64,000 nucleotides of DNA from Octopus vulgaris. Lineage: Eukaryota. The stretch is from NCBI GenBank assembly GCA_951406725.2, contig OX597831.1, forward strand, positions 72,106,001 to 72,170,000. Direction: 5' to 3'. Shown here one piece after another: positions 38,900 to 53,009 of the stretch. Position numbers and translations under genes: made by a program. Under the pieces are notes generated by a model, which saw only the letters and a program-made list of their open reading frames with translations, searched no databases and was not told the DNA's origin. Within the stretch, counting starts at the first letter, position 1, and every line of letters starts with the position of its first letter.

Positions 38900-41324
38900 C
38901 TACATTACAGAAATTAGAAGATGGTGAAGAGGAGTGGTGTGGAGTACAAGGCAGAATCATTTCAATACAAACAAATAAAACAAAAGCAAAATGCAAACAA
39001 ACAATCTGTACTATCTATTTATGGGATTATATATATATATATATATATACTTTATTTAAAGCAGCAGAAAATTCAACAAAACCTGTTACTCTGAGTTTCC
39101 CGTTGCCGTTCATCGGACAGTTTTTGCTAGAATAGAACCGATATATCAATTCTAAAACATGAAGACGGACAAAATGCCGCAAAGCATTTTGTTCAGCACA
39201 GTTATGATTCTGCCAGCTGCCTGCCTTATACCTGATGTCCATATTAACTTTTAGCCAGTGGCGATGGTGGCATTACCTTATGTCCAAGTAGTTAATCTAT
39301 AGCAAGTGATTGAGCCTCTTCATCTTGAGGGGCCAGTTTAGTAAGTAAGCTAAAATCATAAGTATACCTTACATCAAAATATTTCTAGATTATCTTTAAC
39401 TCAGTTATACTCCAATATTTAATTACCAAATTATTTAACAAAATAATCACTATTCATAATTTTAGATTTAAGTTCACATCTAATAATTATAAAACATTTT
39501 AAAATAAGTATCTAAATTATAATCAACAAATGTAGTAATTAAAATGTAAAATTTTCTCTATCAATAAATATATAGACATATAACGAAATATAAATAAATC
39601 AATTAGTCCATTATTACTCTTTACTCTTTTACTTGTTTCAGTCATTTGACTTCGGCCATGCTGGAGCACCACCTTTAGTCGAGCAAATCGACCCCAGGAC
39701 TTATTCTTTGTAAGCCTAGTACTTATTCTATCGGTCTCTTTTGCCAAACCGCTAAGAGACGGGGACATAAACACACCCGCATCGGTTGTCAGGCAATGCT
39801 AGGGGGACAAATACAGACACACAAACACACACACATATATATATATATATACATATATACGACAGGCTTCTTTCAGTTTCCGTCTACCAAATCCACTTAC
39901 AAGGCATTGGTCGGCCCGGGGCTATAGCAGAAGACACTTGCCCAAGATGCCACGCAGTGGGACACTTACATAAATGTTATAAATATCAATAGAATATACA
40001 TATACATACATATAAACACACACACGCACACACACACACACACACAGAGGGAGATCAGTATAAAGCAAAGATTAAAAGATTATAAAAATCAACAGTCTGA
40101 TTCAGAGAGCAAAATATTTGAATATTTTAAGAATTCTGAGCAAATCCTACTTCCGCAATATTTGGGATTTTGGTGTGTTTATTCTGAATTTTTTTTTCCG
40201 CAAAGTAGGAAATAAAATATGTAAAATGAAACAGTATCTTGTTTAGGTGGAAGTCAATGCATGATATTCTCTAGGATTCATGAAAATTGAGATAGAATCT
40301 ATTAATGAGTCATGCAGATATCAGAAGATGAACTAAAGTTGAGGAGAGAGAGAGAGAGATGCAAGCTACTACAAGGCATGCTCCGGTTGGTAGCCAGTAT
40401 CAAGTGCGATGATTCTAATAGTAAGGAAGACTAAGTTAACAACAGTGCAGTCCATTTCAACAGCAAGGGGGCCTACCTTAACAATGGAACAACCCATTTT
40501 AACATGTCAGCACCCCCACCCACAAACAAAATAAATAAATGTATAAATAAAACCAAATTTAATTTCTTAAAATGTCACAGAGTACATATGGTGGACCAGG
40601 CAGCCCTGTGTGTGTGTGTAGTTGACATGAAGAAGACATAATGTGTAGTTGTTAACGAAATAGATACAGCCTGTATGTACCAGTAATTAAACACCAGTCT
40701 CCGAAATAACTACTTTTTAAGCGAATAAGGGAGCCTGTACAATTACTGCTTAACTTGCTAGAAATAGTAGCCAAATCTCTCTGAAATCACAACCCATTTT
40801 CTATAGTCTGAAAAAGGGTGGTTACAGCTACAATGCTCTCATTATTAGGTGTAGGAGTGGCTGTGTGGTAAGTAGCTTGCTTACCAACCACATGGTTCCG
40901 GGTTCAGTCCCACTACGTGGCACCTTGGGCAAGTGTCTTCAACTATAGCCTCGGATCAATCAAAGCCTTATGAGTGGATTTGGTAGACGGAAACTGAAAG
41001 AAGCCCGTCGTATATATATTTATATATATGTATGTGTGTGTGTGTGTTTGTTCCCCCCCAACATCGCTTGACAACTGATGCTGGTGTGTTTCCGTCCCCG
41101 TAACTTAGCGGTTCGGCAAAAGAGACCGATAGAATAAGTAGTAGGCATCCAAAGAATAAGTCCCGGGGTCGATTTGCTCGACTAAAGGCGGTGCTCCAGC
41201 ATGGCCACTGTCAAATGACTGAAACAAGTAAAAGAGTAAAGAGTAAAGTAAAGAGTATATGTATACTTGATTAGAACTAACCAGGAACTAAAAACCAGTC
41301 AGTAGCTACGTTCTGTGTTCAGTC

Positions 41325-42298
41325 TAATCTTCTAGCATTTAAACTGGCCGTATCTGACCCAAATATATTCTATCTGCAGAGAGTTCAAACTGACACACCA
41401 ACCTTCTTACACTGTCATTCAAGAAAATAAACAATTGCATCATTCAAAACCCTGAAGCTACAAGATAATGCCTGATTAATTAAAAGACAATGTGAATAAA
41501 TAAGCATTATGTTTGACAGAAATAATCTCAATGCCAAAGGATGGAATAAAATACACCGAAGAGTTTAACCGTTTTTTTACCACATTTCTATTGAAATACA
41601 AGACTTTTGCTTTGATTAATTTTGAGAATAACGAAGAATTTAGTAAAACAATTTTGTCATTTTGTTTTTCCATCCGGTTTGCAAGATTCTTATTGTGAAT
41701 TCATGTGTTGAAACAAATCTTGTTGTGTCTAGAATCCTTACACCTGCACCAGTTCAATTCCACTCCTTTATTTATTATTCAGTTGGTTAAATATCCAACA
41801 AAGAAATCAATTGTTTATTAAACTTGGTTAAACAGGAAGTCATTTGGCTTGATTTTGTTTGGTTGGGTTTTTTTGTGTGTCAAAATTCGTTCGTTACGTC
41901 TTGCAACCTTTTCAGTGCAAAAAGCAACAAAAGAGCTTTGTCAAAACAAAAAAAAATAAATATTGGCGTAATAACTCTCCCTAGACACAACAAAATTTTG
42001 TCATTATTAAGCTGATCACCGCTGCGTTCTGAGTTCAAATTCCGCCAAGGTCAGCTTTGCCTTTCATCCTTTCGGGGTCGATAAATTAAGTACCAGTTAT
42101 GCACTGAGGTCGATGTAATCGACTTAATCCGTTTGTCTGTCCTTGTTTGTCCCCTCTGTGTTTAGCCCCTTGTGGGTAGTAAAGAAATAGGTATTTGGAT
42201 CATGAATTTACATGATATTTTATGAAAGGTTCTAATTTCGATCACTTTAAACATGAAGAATCGAGGCAGTTTTGGACAGGTTGGTATCAAAATGGTTC
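41325..42298. mobile_element. Degenerate piggyBac-type MITE interrupted by a SINE
   Basis: The ends resemble a decayed TTAACCCTT...AAGGGTTAA pattern (taatcttctagcatttaaactggcc and gttggtatcaaaatggttca). Weak. Confidence 0.35.
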
Positions 42299-42351
42299 AG
42301 ATGAAGGAATTATTAAAAATAAAAAGATCAATAAATAGAAAGTTTAATTAC

Positions 42352-42427
42352 CATAGGTGACATTTGCTTGTTCTTGCTCCTTCTCTTGGTCTTCGTGAAA
42401 TGGAATTTGGGACAACGTATGCAGAAG
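42352..42427 (-). CDS. MTFMT: MTFMT exon D, 76 bp
   Basis: tttcAG acceptor, GTAATT donor, phase 0 to phase 1. Encodes LLHTLSQIPFHEDQEKEQEQANVTY(A), i.e. the Q...xTYA.K motif of Fmt. Confidence 0.9.
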
Positions 42428-42550
42428 CTGAAATATGGGAGTACCAGGAATGAATGATTAATGACCTCTTAAATACAACAACATTTCAATGTCCACTTTC
42501 CCATGATTGCATGGGTCGGACAGAATTTGTTTGTCAATACTACCCCTAGA

Positions 42551-43171
42551 GATGAATTAGTATATCTTTATCGGATAACCTTAGATAAGATGAATCAATG
42601 GATTAAAGTAGTAGAAAAAAAGAAAAAGACCAGGGCCCCGATAAAATCCTTGACTTGTAGAACATACCCATTTGAAAGAAGCCCCTATATAGATAGGAAG
42701 TGTATAGTGTGTAGATTAAACCCGCAGATAAACTGTAAAACTAAGAATGTAGTCTATAGTATAAGATATAAAGAGGGATGGTGCAGAAACAGGACAACAA
42801 CATACATTGAAGAGACAGCATGTAGCATAGGTGAATGGATAAGTGAACACTGGCAGGAATTCAAAGAGGAGAAAAGTTCATCAGTGCTCTGTCATCATAC
42901 TCAGTTAGAACATGGCGGCTCGGTTGACACAGAACAGACACGACAGTCAGACAAATTGCGAATGTCAAACACATAATAAAAGATAGATCAATCCTTAATA
43001 AAAAATGTGAATGGAGTAATAACAACCCCCACTCCACCACCCTACATGCCCTGACAACTAAAAACCCGAATGAAGTAAAAAAAATAAAATAAATAAATGA
43101 CATGGGTACTAACAATGCAATATACACACCTTTATATGTGCACACAGGATATACATACACATACAAAAGAC

Positions 43172-43222
<51 letters not shown>

Positions 43223-43616
43223 ATGACACAGGTACAAAGAGTGCAATATACAAACCCATATACACACACATGGGACACACATACTAAACATACATACACA
43301 CACAGAGCTGGAAATGCATACCACAGAAGGACAAACTGAAATAAGCAGAACAAGGGGAGACACATGGGACAGAGAGCCACTGAAGAGGTCACAGAGCATG
43401 TGATGAAAGAACTTTCACAAACATATACGATAAAAATAATACACATAAAAACTAAAGGGAAGATAGAATAAATGTGGTTAATTAGTAAAAAATGACCATC
43501 CCCAAGTATAATAATATCTATTTCAGTACATATTTTCACATCAAGAATCTTGCAAAACAATTACATAAATATATAAATATATATGATGAATTAGTATCTT
43601 TATCGGATAACCTTAG
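42551..43616 (+). mobile_element. Penelope-like element fragment (GIY-YIG) bounded by direct repeats of about 32 bp
   Basis: CIVC...NCKTKNVVYSI...TTYIEETACSIGEWISEH...LCHH (degenerate GIY-YIG). GATGAATTAGTA(TA)TCTTTATCGGATAACCTTAG occurs at 42551 and 43585. A hammerhead-like CTGAAGA..TCACA/TGTGA..GAAA lies at 43380-43415. Confidence 0.78.
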
Positions 43617-44090
43617 TATGTGATAACCTTAGTATATGTGTGTGTTGATAACACCTGGAAGAAGGCACTTCTTTTCCATTCACCAAAGTGAATGAAGCTT
43701 TGGTCAGGTGTAACTGATGTCATCAGTCAGTGTCCAATTATAAGTCGGATGTTTCAACCTTAAGCCGTAACACCCTCCCATTGGTAGGTCAGCAGGGGTT
43801 GCCAAATCACTGTTTCTCATCTCTTCCTGGCTTCCAGCTTAACTCCTCTCTTTTGCTCCACAACCAGCAAGAGACCCTATTTGCTACCCTTCGCTCCTTT
43901 ATCCTCCCTACTGACTGAGCAGGGAATCCCCTACAGCTGACACCAACTGGCAAAAGCCATTACTGCCACCCTTCTCGCTGCAATCCTGCAGAAGGATCTT
44001 GTACTTGGCATACTTCAATTTGTAGGCCTTATCACATACTTCTTCCCACAGGACTGTAAGCTTGATCAAGATTACTTATGACCCCAGACA

Positions 44091-44120
<30 letters not shown>

Positions 44121-44122
<2 letters not shown>

Positions 44123-45017
44123 AGGGGGTACCCAAAAGTAACCAGAAACATTCTCTGTGGGACAAATCCACTGTAGTTCAGGCTTCTGCAGCTAGAAGCC
44201 ACTTGATGCAACCGTCAGGCATCAGTCTGCTGACAGGTGTCATCAGGTGAAGTCCTACTGCCAAATGGCACATCTTTGTTTTGCAGTGCTTCTCCCCTGT
44301 TCATCAATTTTTGCAATGACTGAAACAAAGGAACAGCATGCTTCCATGAAATTCTGTTTTCTGCTGAAGAAAACAGTGGCCGAAACAGTTGTCAAGCTTC
44401 AAATAGATTACAAGGACGCACGCAAGTTTACAAGTGGTTTCCATGCCTTAGGAATGGTCACTTGTCGCTTGAAGACCAACCTCATTCAGGGCAACTGTCA
44501 ACCTCCCAAATGAATGAAAACATCATGAAAATTCATGAACTGATCTTGGAGGACTGTCACTGAACAACTGATGAACTTGTTGATATGACTGCTGTGCCCC
44601 ACAGCTTCTACCAATGAACTTTGAGTTAGGGTTTGTGAACGAAAAGGGTTGACACAAAATTTGTGGTTTGCTTGCTCATGGAAGACCAAAAGCAGTCACG
44701 ACTGAATGTGTATTGTGAACTGAAAGAATAGTTGGAAGTTGATCTGGACCCTTTTTTTGAAGGTCATCACTGATGACGGAAGCTGGTGCTATGGAATTTA
44801 CAGATGTGGAAGAGGTGAAGAAAAAAAAAATGAAAGGGGCATTAAAAGGCATCACTTCGCAAGAGTTCCAACACTGCTTCGAATAGTGGAAAACACACCT
44901 GGACAGATGCATTGCTTCAAATGAAGAATACTTTGAAGGTGATAAAAGTGTAAACATATAAAACTAAGTGAATGGAATAATATTGCAAAATTCTGGTTTC
45001 TTTTGGGTTCCCCGTTG
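44121..45017 (+). mobile_element. Internally deleted mariner element with both TIRs
   Basis: CAAGGGGGTACCCAAAAGTAACCAGAA versus reverse complement CAACGGGGAACCCAAAAGAAACCAGAA. Fragments read EQHASMKFCFLLKKTVAET and FLKVITDDGSWCY. Confidence 0.85.
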
Positions 45018-45870
45018 TGTACATATTTCACATCCAAGTATCTATGACCCCTCTCTGAACAGATGAGTTGTAACAGCTGGCCATGCTTCAAAAAATATAA
45101 AACCAAATATATCTATATATACATATCATCATCATTATCATCAGCTTTTCCATGAGTCAGAACGATGATGCGGCAGATTTTCAACAGCTGGATGCTCACC
45201 TGTTCGCCAGACAGATAATATTTCCACCTGGTCAATATATGTTTCTGTAGGAGATTGCAAATAAACAGCACTGCTCGTATGACAACGATCTTTAGTTAAA
45301 ACTAGTATGAGATGTCAAAACACAGGAAGTATAACACACACAGAGACAAATTTTTTTACCTTTTATTTGTTTCAGTCTTTCGAATGCTGCCATGTTGGGG
45401 CACCACCTTGAAGGATTTAGATCAGGAATTGATACTCAACCATTTTTTACCTATGGTCTCCTCTGATTACTATTTTATTCTAGTGGATTCCCATAACCAT
45501 TTCATGTTTAAAAACTAGTTTTATGGATACTTATTTCAAATTTCCTATTTTGTGTTTCACACATTAACTTGTGTAGTTTGAACTCTGTAAAATGTTGGAG
45601 AAAGAAGCCTAGCTGTTTCTTCCAATACAAACCAATACAAACATCTAAATATTTTCAGGGGTCCTTAAAATACCGTTGTGGACCTACAATATATTATTTT
45701 GTTGTGTGGACTCCCAAAAATTTTATATGGACCCTCAGGGGCCATACAGACCCCAGTTGAGAGCTACTGGTTTAAAGGAACAAATGAAGGCCATTACATA
45801 TATTTTTAAACATGATGCTTACTCTATCAGTCTCTTTTGCAGAACCTTAAGGATCTTGGTCCTTCTTTTT

Positions 45871-45906
<36 letters not shown>

Positions 45907-46660
45907 ACACACACACACACACACATAAGTGGGATGACCACTAAGTGGACATCTATTATGCTAGAAGTAGACCCCCTATAGTCTTACCACTAAGAAAGGA
46001 TTGTTCTCAAGAAAATTTGGTGTTTGCTAAATTTTCTTGATAAGAATCCTGGAGCACCACTTTTAGTCGAGCAAACAGACCCCAGGACTTATTCTTTGTA
46101 AGCCTAGTACTTATTCTATCAGTACTTTTGCTGAACCACTAAGTTAAGGGGACGTAAACACGCCAGCATCAGTTATGAAGCGATGTTGGGGGGGACAAAC
46201 ACATACATACATACATGATGATGATGATATATATATATATATATATACATATATATGTTTATATATATATACAACGGGCTCCTTTCAGTTTTCATCTACC
46301 AAATCCACTCGCAAGGCTTTGGTCGACCCGAGGCTATAGTAGAAGACACTTGCCGAAGGTGCCACACAGTAGGATTGAATTCAGAACCATGTGATTGGTA
46401 AGCACCACACAGCCACTCCTGTGCATATATGTATATATATATATATATATATGTGTGAGGTACTGGTATCCAGAAGGCCCAAGGTGGCAGGTAATGCTAT
46501 GTAAGTGCTATTGAAGGACCGTAGTTAAACTCTTGGTTTGATAATGATATGAGTGAGGAGTCTAACGCAGGTCTTATATGAGCATGTATATGTTAAATAA
46601 AAGGAGATAACGAAGCCAAGGTTGTGTGGAATTTTCAGGACGTTTATAAAGAGAAAGTTA

Positions 46661-46708
46661 GTCTTACAGCTGTTTCTCGGATGTTAGGAATATCCTTTCA
46701 TCAGAGAC
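46661..46708 (-). ncRNA. Type I hammerhead ribozyme, canonical core, on the MTFMT sense strand
   Basis: GTCT-CTGATGA-aaGGAT attcctaac ATCCga-GAAAC-AGCT-GTA-AGAC. It lies within a TA-flanked element at about 46455-46895. Confidence 0.75.
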
Positions 46709-46948
46709 GATGTGTGATGGTTAAATAGAGGGAAATATTAGAGTTCAATGTGAGGAGTTACTTTGGAAAAGGGTGGAAATAAGGAGTAAATAGGGAAATA
46801 GAAGAATGAATGTAGAAATAAAAATAAATAAAAGTGTATAAAAATGTCATAGTTGCAGTTCCATTATCCAAGGACATTATCTCACTTTATTTAACATATA
46901 TATATATATATATATATATGTATATGTATATATGTATATGTATATATG

Positions 46949-47202
<254 letters not shown>

Positions 47203-47807
47203 TATAAAGAAGTGGCTGTGTGGTAAGAAGCTTGCTTCCCAACCACATGGTTCTGGTTTCAGTCCCACTGTGTGGCACCTTGGGCAAGTGCCTTCTACTA
47301 TAGCCTCAGGCCAACCAAAGCCTTGTGAGTGGATTTGGTAGACAGAAACTGTAAGAAGGCGGTAAGCTGGCAGAAACGTTAGCATGCCAGGCAAAATGCT
47401 TAGAGGTATTTTGTCTGCCATTATGTTCTGAGTTCAAAATCCGCCGAGGTCGACTTTGCCTTTCATCTTTTCAGGGTCGGTAAATAAAGTACCAGTTATG
47501 CACTGAGGTCGATATAATCAACTTAATCCCTTTGTCTGTCCTTGTTTGTCCCCTCTATGTTTAGCCCCTTGTGGGCAATAAAGAAATAAGAAACTGTAAG
47601 AAGCCTGTCACATATATATATATATATAAATGTCCTTGTGTCAGTTTGTCCCCACCCACCACTGCTTGACAACCGATGTGGGTGTGTTTGTGTCCCTGTA
47701 ACTTAGCAGTTCAGTAAAAGAGACTGATAGAATAAGTATCAGGCTTACAAACAATAAGTCTAGAGGTTGATTTGTCTGACCACAGTCAAACAACTGAAAC
47801 AAACAAA

Positions 47808-47840
<33 letters not shown>

Positions 47841-48894
47841 TATACACATGCATATACAAGAAGATAATTATGGACAACTGCTTCGAAACCTCCAGCTTCT
47901 ATATCTGGATTACAAGCATACATTTCTGGCAATAATAACTGAAGCACCTGGTTTTGTAAGTAAATGCCTAACTGTCAGTCTCAATAAACCTGGATTTTCA
48001 CAAAAAGATATCAACCAACCAACCCACACAATACAAATACAATCTGTAAGTAGAATGGTAAAACTATGCAAGACTTATCCCAGGTTTAAAATGTGACATC
48101 GTTTTTTTGTTATCTACATTCCAATGATGGAGCTTTGTATCTTCGTTGGAAACCAGCTCCTTCTTTGAAGGAAGAATTTATATGATTAAAAGCAGAAGAG
48201 AAACATACATACACATATATACACACACATATGTATGTACATACATACACATATATAAATATACATGCATACACACACATACTTAATCACTATCTCATTA
48301 AGTAAGAGCAGATCTAATGATCTGCTCATGTTTAATCCCTGTCTTCTTAATTATACCTGATTAAGGAGGGATTGCGTTACCTTAGATATGCAACATCCCA
48401 CAAACTGTCCCTCAGCCTCCTTCAGGGATCCATCAGTCCCTTTCCATTGCCTTCTCAACAACTCATCACTCATGCCTTCTGCTGCCATCTAACATTACAG
48501 TGTATATTGCCAACCTCTGTTCCCTCTCCTTCAGATCACTAACTACAGTCTTTTGACTTACTACTAATCATTTTCATGACTTATATTACCCTCACTGTAC
48601 CTTGTAGGCAGGCCCTCTCTCTCTATCACCAACTGTCCTCCATCTCTCTCTCGCTCTCTCTCTAACGCTTCCCCACCATTCTCTCTTTTCTTATCCTAGA
48701 ATCTCCTTGAGCCAGGTAAGAGGGCTACCTCTGTCCCAATACCTATTTCTTTATTACCCACAAGGGGCTAAACATAGAGGGGACAAACAAGGACAGACAT
48801 AGGTATTAAGTCGATTACATCGACTCCAGTGTGTAACTGGTACTTATTTAATCGACCCCGAAAGGAGGAAAGGCAAAGTCGACCTTGGCGGAAT

Positions 48895-49268
48895 AACACT
48901 GAGCACCTCTTCAAACTCCACCCATCTAACACCCGTGGACATATTCACAAAGTAAGAAAACAGCACAGCTCCCATGACTTCAGGAAACATTTTTTCACGC
49001 TGAGAGTTGCTGAAGCGTGGAACAAACTGCCGGCATCGATTGTTAGTTGTCGGAGCACTGCATCCTTCAAGACTTCCATGCTTCCTGAGATTCGCCAACA
49101 CTACACTTGATTTTCTCCCCTCCATACACATGCAAGCATGTATCTGACTCATACACTGTTCACTTTCCAGACATTTCTACATTACTGCATGTACTTTATA
49201 TGCACTTTCTGACAAGTTGTGGTGCACCTGAACACTGTATACAATACTTTCATTATTATTATATTATA
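48895..49268 (+). mobile_element. CR1/L2-type LINE 3' fragment nested in a family B SINE
   Basis: TRGHIHKVRKQ...RKHFFTLRVAEAWNKLPASIV...FK plus a 3' UTR and (ATT)n tail. It splits the SINE at GGCGGAAT|TTGAACTCAG. The host SINE has a 17 bp TSD ACCTCTGTCCCAATACC at 48727 and 49343. Confidence 0.87.
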
Positions 49269-49769
49269 TTGAACTCAGAACGTTAAGACAGACGAAATAC
49301 TGCTAAGTATTTCGCCCGGTGTGCTAACGATTCTGCTAGATCACCTCTGTCCCAATACCATACTCTAATCTCTCGGTTCCACTCCCTCTCTCAGTCAGGA
49401 GGGCCTTGTCTTGTGAATTCATGAAGGCTGGTGCTATGTAAAAGACACATGTGCTGGTGCCACATATAAAAAAGCAGCTCTGTTGGTGCCATGTAAAAGA
49501 GCACCTGTGCTGGTGCCACAATTAAAGCACTTGTGCTGGTGCCACATACAGATCACCTGTGCTGGTGCCATGTAAAAGTGAACCCCTGTTGGTACCATGA
49601 AAAAGTACCAAGTACATTCTGTAAAGTGGTTGTGTCATGGCTTAGAAAGCACCTTTCTAATGGCTGACAATAGTTGCTTTGACTCTTATTTCTAGCAATG
49701 CTGGTACTTACTACCACCCTCCATCAAGTTAGTGATGACTGGCTTGTATAGGCATATATACAAGTATAC

Positions 49770-50137
49770 GTGGCACTCCGTCGGTTACAACAATGAGGGT
49801 TCCAGTTGATCCGATCAACGGAACAGCCTGCCCATGAAATTAACGTGCAAGTGGCTGATCACTCCACAGACACGTGTACCCTTAACGTAGTTCCCGGGGA
49901 GATTCAGCGTGACACAGAGAGTGACAAGGCTGGCCCCTTTCAAATACAGGTACAACAGAAACAGGAAGGAAGAGTGAGAGGAAGTTGTGGTGAAAGAGTA
50001 CAGCAGGGTTCACCACCACCCCCTGGTGGAACCTTGTGGAGCTTTAGCTGTTTACGCTCAATAAACATTCACAACGCCCAGTCTGGGAATCGAAACCGCA
50101 AGTCCACTGCCCTAACCACTGGGCCATTGCACCTCCA
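49770..50137 (-). mobile_element. tRNA-derived SINE (family D); a partial copy lies at about 3810-3960
   Basis: The reverse-complement head GGAGGTGCAATGGCCCAGTGGTTAGG...GGTTTCGATTCCC has A and B boxes, and the body is shared with 3810-3960. Confidence 0.78.
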
Positions 50138-50962
50138 TATTATATATATACAAGTATATATGCATGGTTTCCACAGCTGGATGTCCTTCTTAATACCAAT
50201 CACTTTACAGAGTGGATGCTTGTTACGTGACACCAGCATCATGTATCAATTCAGCTGTGGTGGACCCAGCTTCTTGACTACAGCAAGATGCCAGATGTCT
50301 CAGTCCTTTGTCATCTCCTTTGCAGCACTCAATGTCTTGAGATTAGCCTCTGTGTGTGTATGTGTGTGTTCGTTTGTGTGTGCGTGTTTGTGTATGCATG
50401 TATGTGTGTGTATGTATGTATGTATGTATGTATGCATGCATGCATGTATGTATGCATGTATGTGTGTATGTATGTGTGTGTGTGTATGTATATATGTATG
50501 TATGTGTGTATGTATGTATGTGTGTGTGTGTGTGTGTATGTATGTAAACACACACACACATGCATAATCATAATACTAGCCGCAGTGGAAGAAATGGAGG
50601 GGTTTTCACAGTTACTTGACTTCAAGGTTTACATTATTCAAAACTAAACTTATTCAAAACAACTTTTTATCTTTATTTGGAAATTGTATAAATATTTGAT
50701 GAAAGCAAGTTCTAGGAAAATAAAAAAAATTAATTTTCTAATGTTTAAATCAATATTTACTTATTCAAATATCAGAGCATTAATACTTTATAAACCTTAC
50801 TTTCATCAAATGCTTACAGAGGTATCAGATTACAAATACAGATGAAATGTTTTGAGTTAGAAGCAAGTCAGAACTTAGTGAAAACAACTAAGAAAAGCCC
50901 AGTTTTTCTCTTTGTTGTCTTTATAACTGCATACTTTTTCTTCAATTTGTATTAACAAGGAT

Positions 50963-51408
50963 AGCTGGTCCCTACACTGGGTCAACATTTGGAAGGCTCT
51001 CCTCCTCCCATTCATTCTCCCACAAGCACCATCCGAACGTGGCCGATGCCAGTGCCGCCTTGACTGGCTTCTGTGCTGGTGGGCACATGACCTGCTGTGC
51101 TTGAGGAGACCTACTGAGTCAAGTACATCAACATCAAAATAAATATCAAATAGAAATTGTAGTTGTGATACATGTGCCAGTGGCACGTAAAAAGCACCAA
51201 CCGATTGTGGCCGCTGCCAGCCTTCCCTGGCACGTAAAAAGCACCCACTACACTCACAGAGTAGTTGGTGTTAGGAAGGGCATCAAGCTGTAGAAACACT
51301 GCCAGATCAAACTGGAGCCTGGTGCAGCCTCCTGGCTTCACAGACCCTGGTCGAACCGTCCAACCCATGACGGCATGGAAAACGGACGTTAAACGATGAT
51401 TATGATGA
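50963..51408 (+). mobile_element. RTE-3'UTR-related repeat (family C) with a (GAT)n tail and 15 bp TSD
   Basis: TSD TGTATTAACAAGGAT at 50948 and 51409. Core is GTTAGGAAGGGCATC...GGACGTTAAACGATGAT. Other copies lie at about 32050, 35350, 54120, 54455, 57210, 59390, 60410 and 63385. Confidence 0.85.
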
Positions 51409-52167
51409 TGTATTAACAAGGATGTGTGTGTATGTGTATACACATCCATATATATATATATTTATTCTCTTTTACTTGTTTCAGTTCTTTCACTGTGGCC
51501 TGTGGCCATGCTGGAGCATCGCCTTTAGTGAAACAAATCAACCCCAGGACTTATCCTTTGTAAGCCTAGTACTTATTCTATCAGTCTCTTTTGCTGAAGC
51601 GCTAAGTTACAGGGACGTAAACACACCAACATCCATTGTCAAGCAATGGTGGTGGTGGTGGTGGTGGTGGGAGGGGGGGACAAACACAGACACACAAATA
51701 CATATTCTTTTATTCTTTGATTTGCTTCAGTCATTTGACTGCAGCCATGCTGGGGCACCGCCTTTAGTTGAGCAAATCGACCCCAGGACTTATTCTTTGT
51801 AAGCCTAGTACTTATATATATATATATATATACGAGGGGCCTCCTTCAGTTTCTGTCTACCAAATCCATTCACAAGGCTTTGGTCGGCCCAAGGTTATAG
51901 TAGAAGAAACTTGCCCAAGGTGTCATGCAGTGGGACTGAACCCGGAACCATGTGGTTCGTAAGCAAGCTACTTACCACACAGCCACTACTATATATATAT
52001 ATATACAGGAACTTAGTTTGATTTGAAAACCCCACTAGAATGGGAGAAAGCGCTAATGATCTATGTGATATGATATATATATAAAAAATGTAATATACAA
52101 ATAAATATCTGTAAATATAAACCATCCGATCTTCTGAGTACCTCATTTCTTCTAATATATATATATA

Positions 52168-52404
52168 CAGGGTAGCCCAAAAGTAGGCTTACAGTTATTC
52201 AACTATTTCTTTCGCATTGATATATTAGCAGTTTAGATCTTAATTATAAAAAAAATATGAAACCATTGTTCTATGCTAATTTAGTTAATTTTGTCAAGCT
52301 CCCTTTTCAGTTTGTAAAATAGAAATTTAAATGTAATAAAATGTTTTAAAAGAAATTTAAAGTGCCTTCATGATAACTGTTAAACCCACTTTTGCGTCAC
52401 CCTG
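52168..52404. mobile_element. Tc1/mariner-type MITE, 237 bp
   Basis: TA|CAGGGTAGCCCAAAAGTAGGCTTACAGTTA ... TAACTGTTAAACCCACTTTTGCGTCACCCTG|TA. Confidence 0.85.
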
Positions 52405-52977
52405 TATATATGATGGGCTTCTTACAGTTTCCATCTGCCAAATCCATTCACAAGGCTTTGGTCAGCCCGAGACTCTAGCAGAAGACACTCGCCCAAGGTG
52501 CCACGCAGTGGGACTGAACCTGGAACCATATGGTTGGTAAGCAAGCTTCTCACCACACAGCCACTCTTATCTTTTATCTTTTACTTTTTTCTGTAGTTTG
52601 ACTACAGCCATTCAGGGGGTTTAGTCGAACAAATCACCCTGAAGAGTTTAGTGAAACAAACTGACCCCGGTACTTATTCTATCAGTGACTTTTGCTGAAC
52701 CACTAAGTTATGGGGACATAAACAAACCAACACCAACAGTCTAGTGTTCTTGAGGGACAAACACAAGCACACACACAGATATATACATATACTCACACAC
52801 ACACACATATATGTGTGTGACGGGCTTCTTTCAGTTTCCATCTCGTAAGATTTTGATTGACCTGAGGCTATAGCAGACACCCAAGGTGCCACACAGTGGG
52901 ATTGAACCAAAAACCACGTGGTTGGGAGGCAACCATCTTACCACACTGTTACGCCTGCACTTATGTATTTATATGTG

Positions 52978-53009
<32 letters not shown>

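Noticed and set aside
39276-39350. AG...GTAATG-bounded segment as a candidate MTFMT exon
   Set aside because: It has stops in all three frames, and the real 76 bp exon is at 42352-42427.
49428-49612. Array of about 25 bp GTGCTGGTGCCA...AAAAGCAC units that looks CRISPR-like (related arrays at about 59990-60100, 54620-54880 and 63560-63900)
   Set aside because: There are no unique spacers and no cas genes, and the context is eukaryotic. The units are subrepeats of the RTE-related family C 3' UTR.
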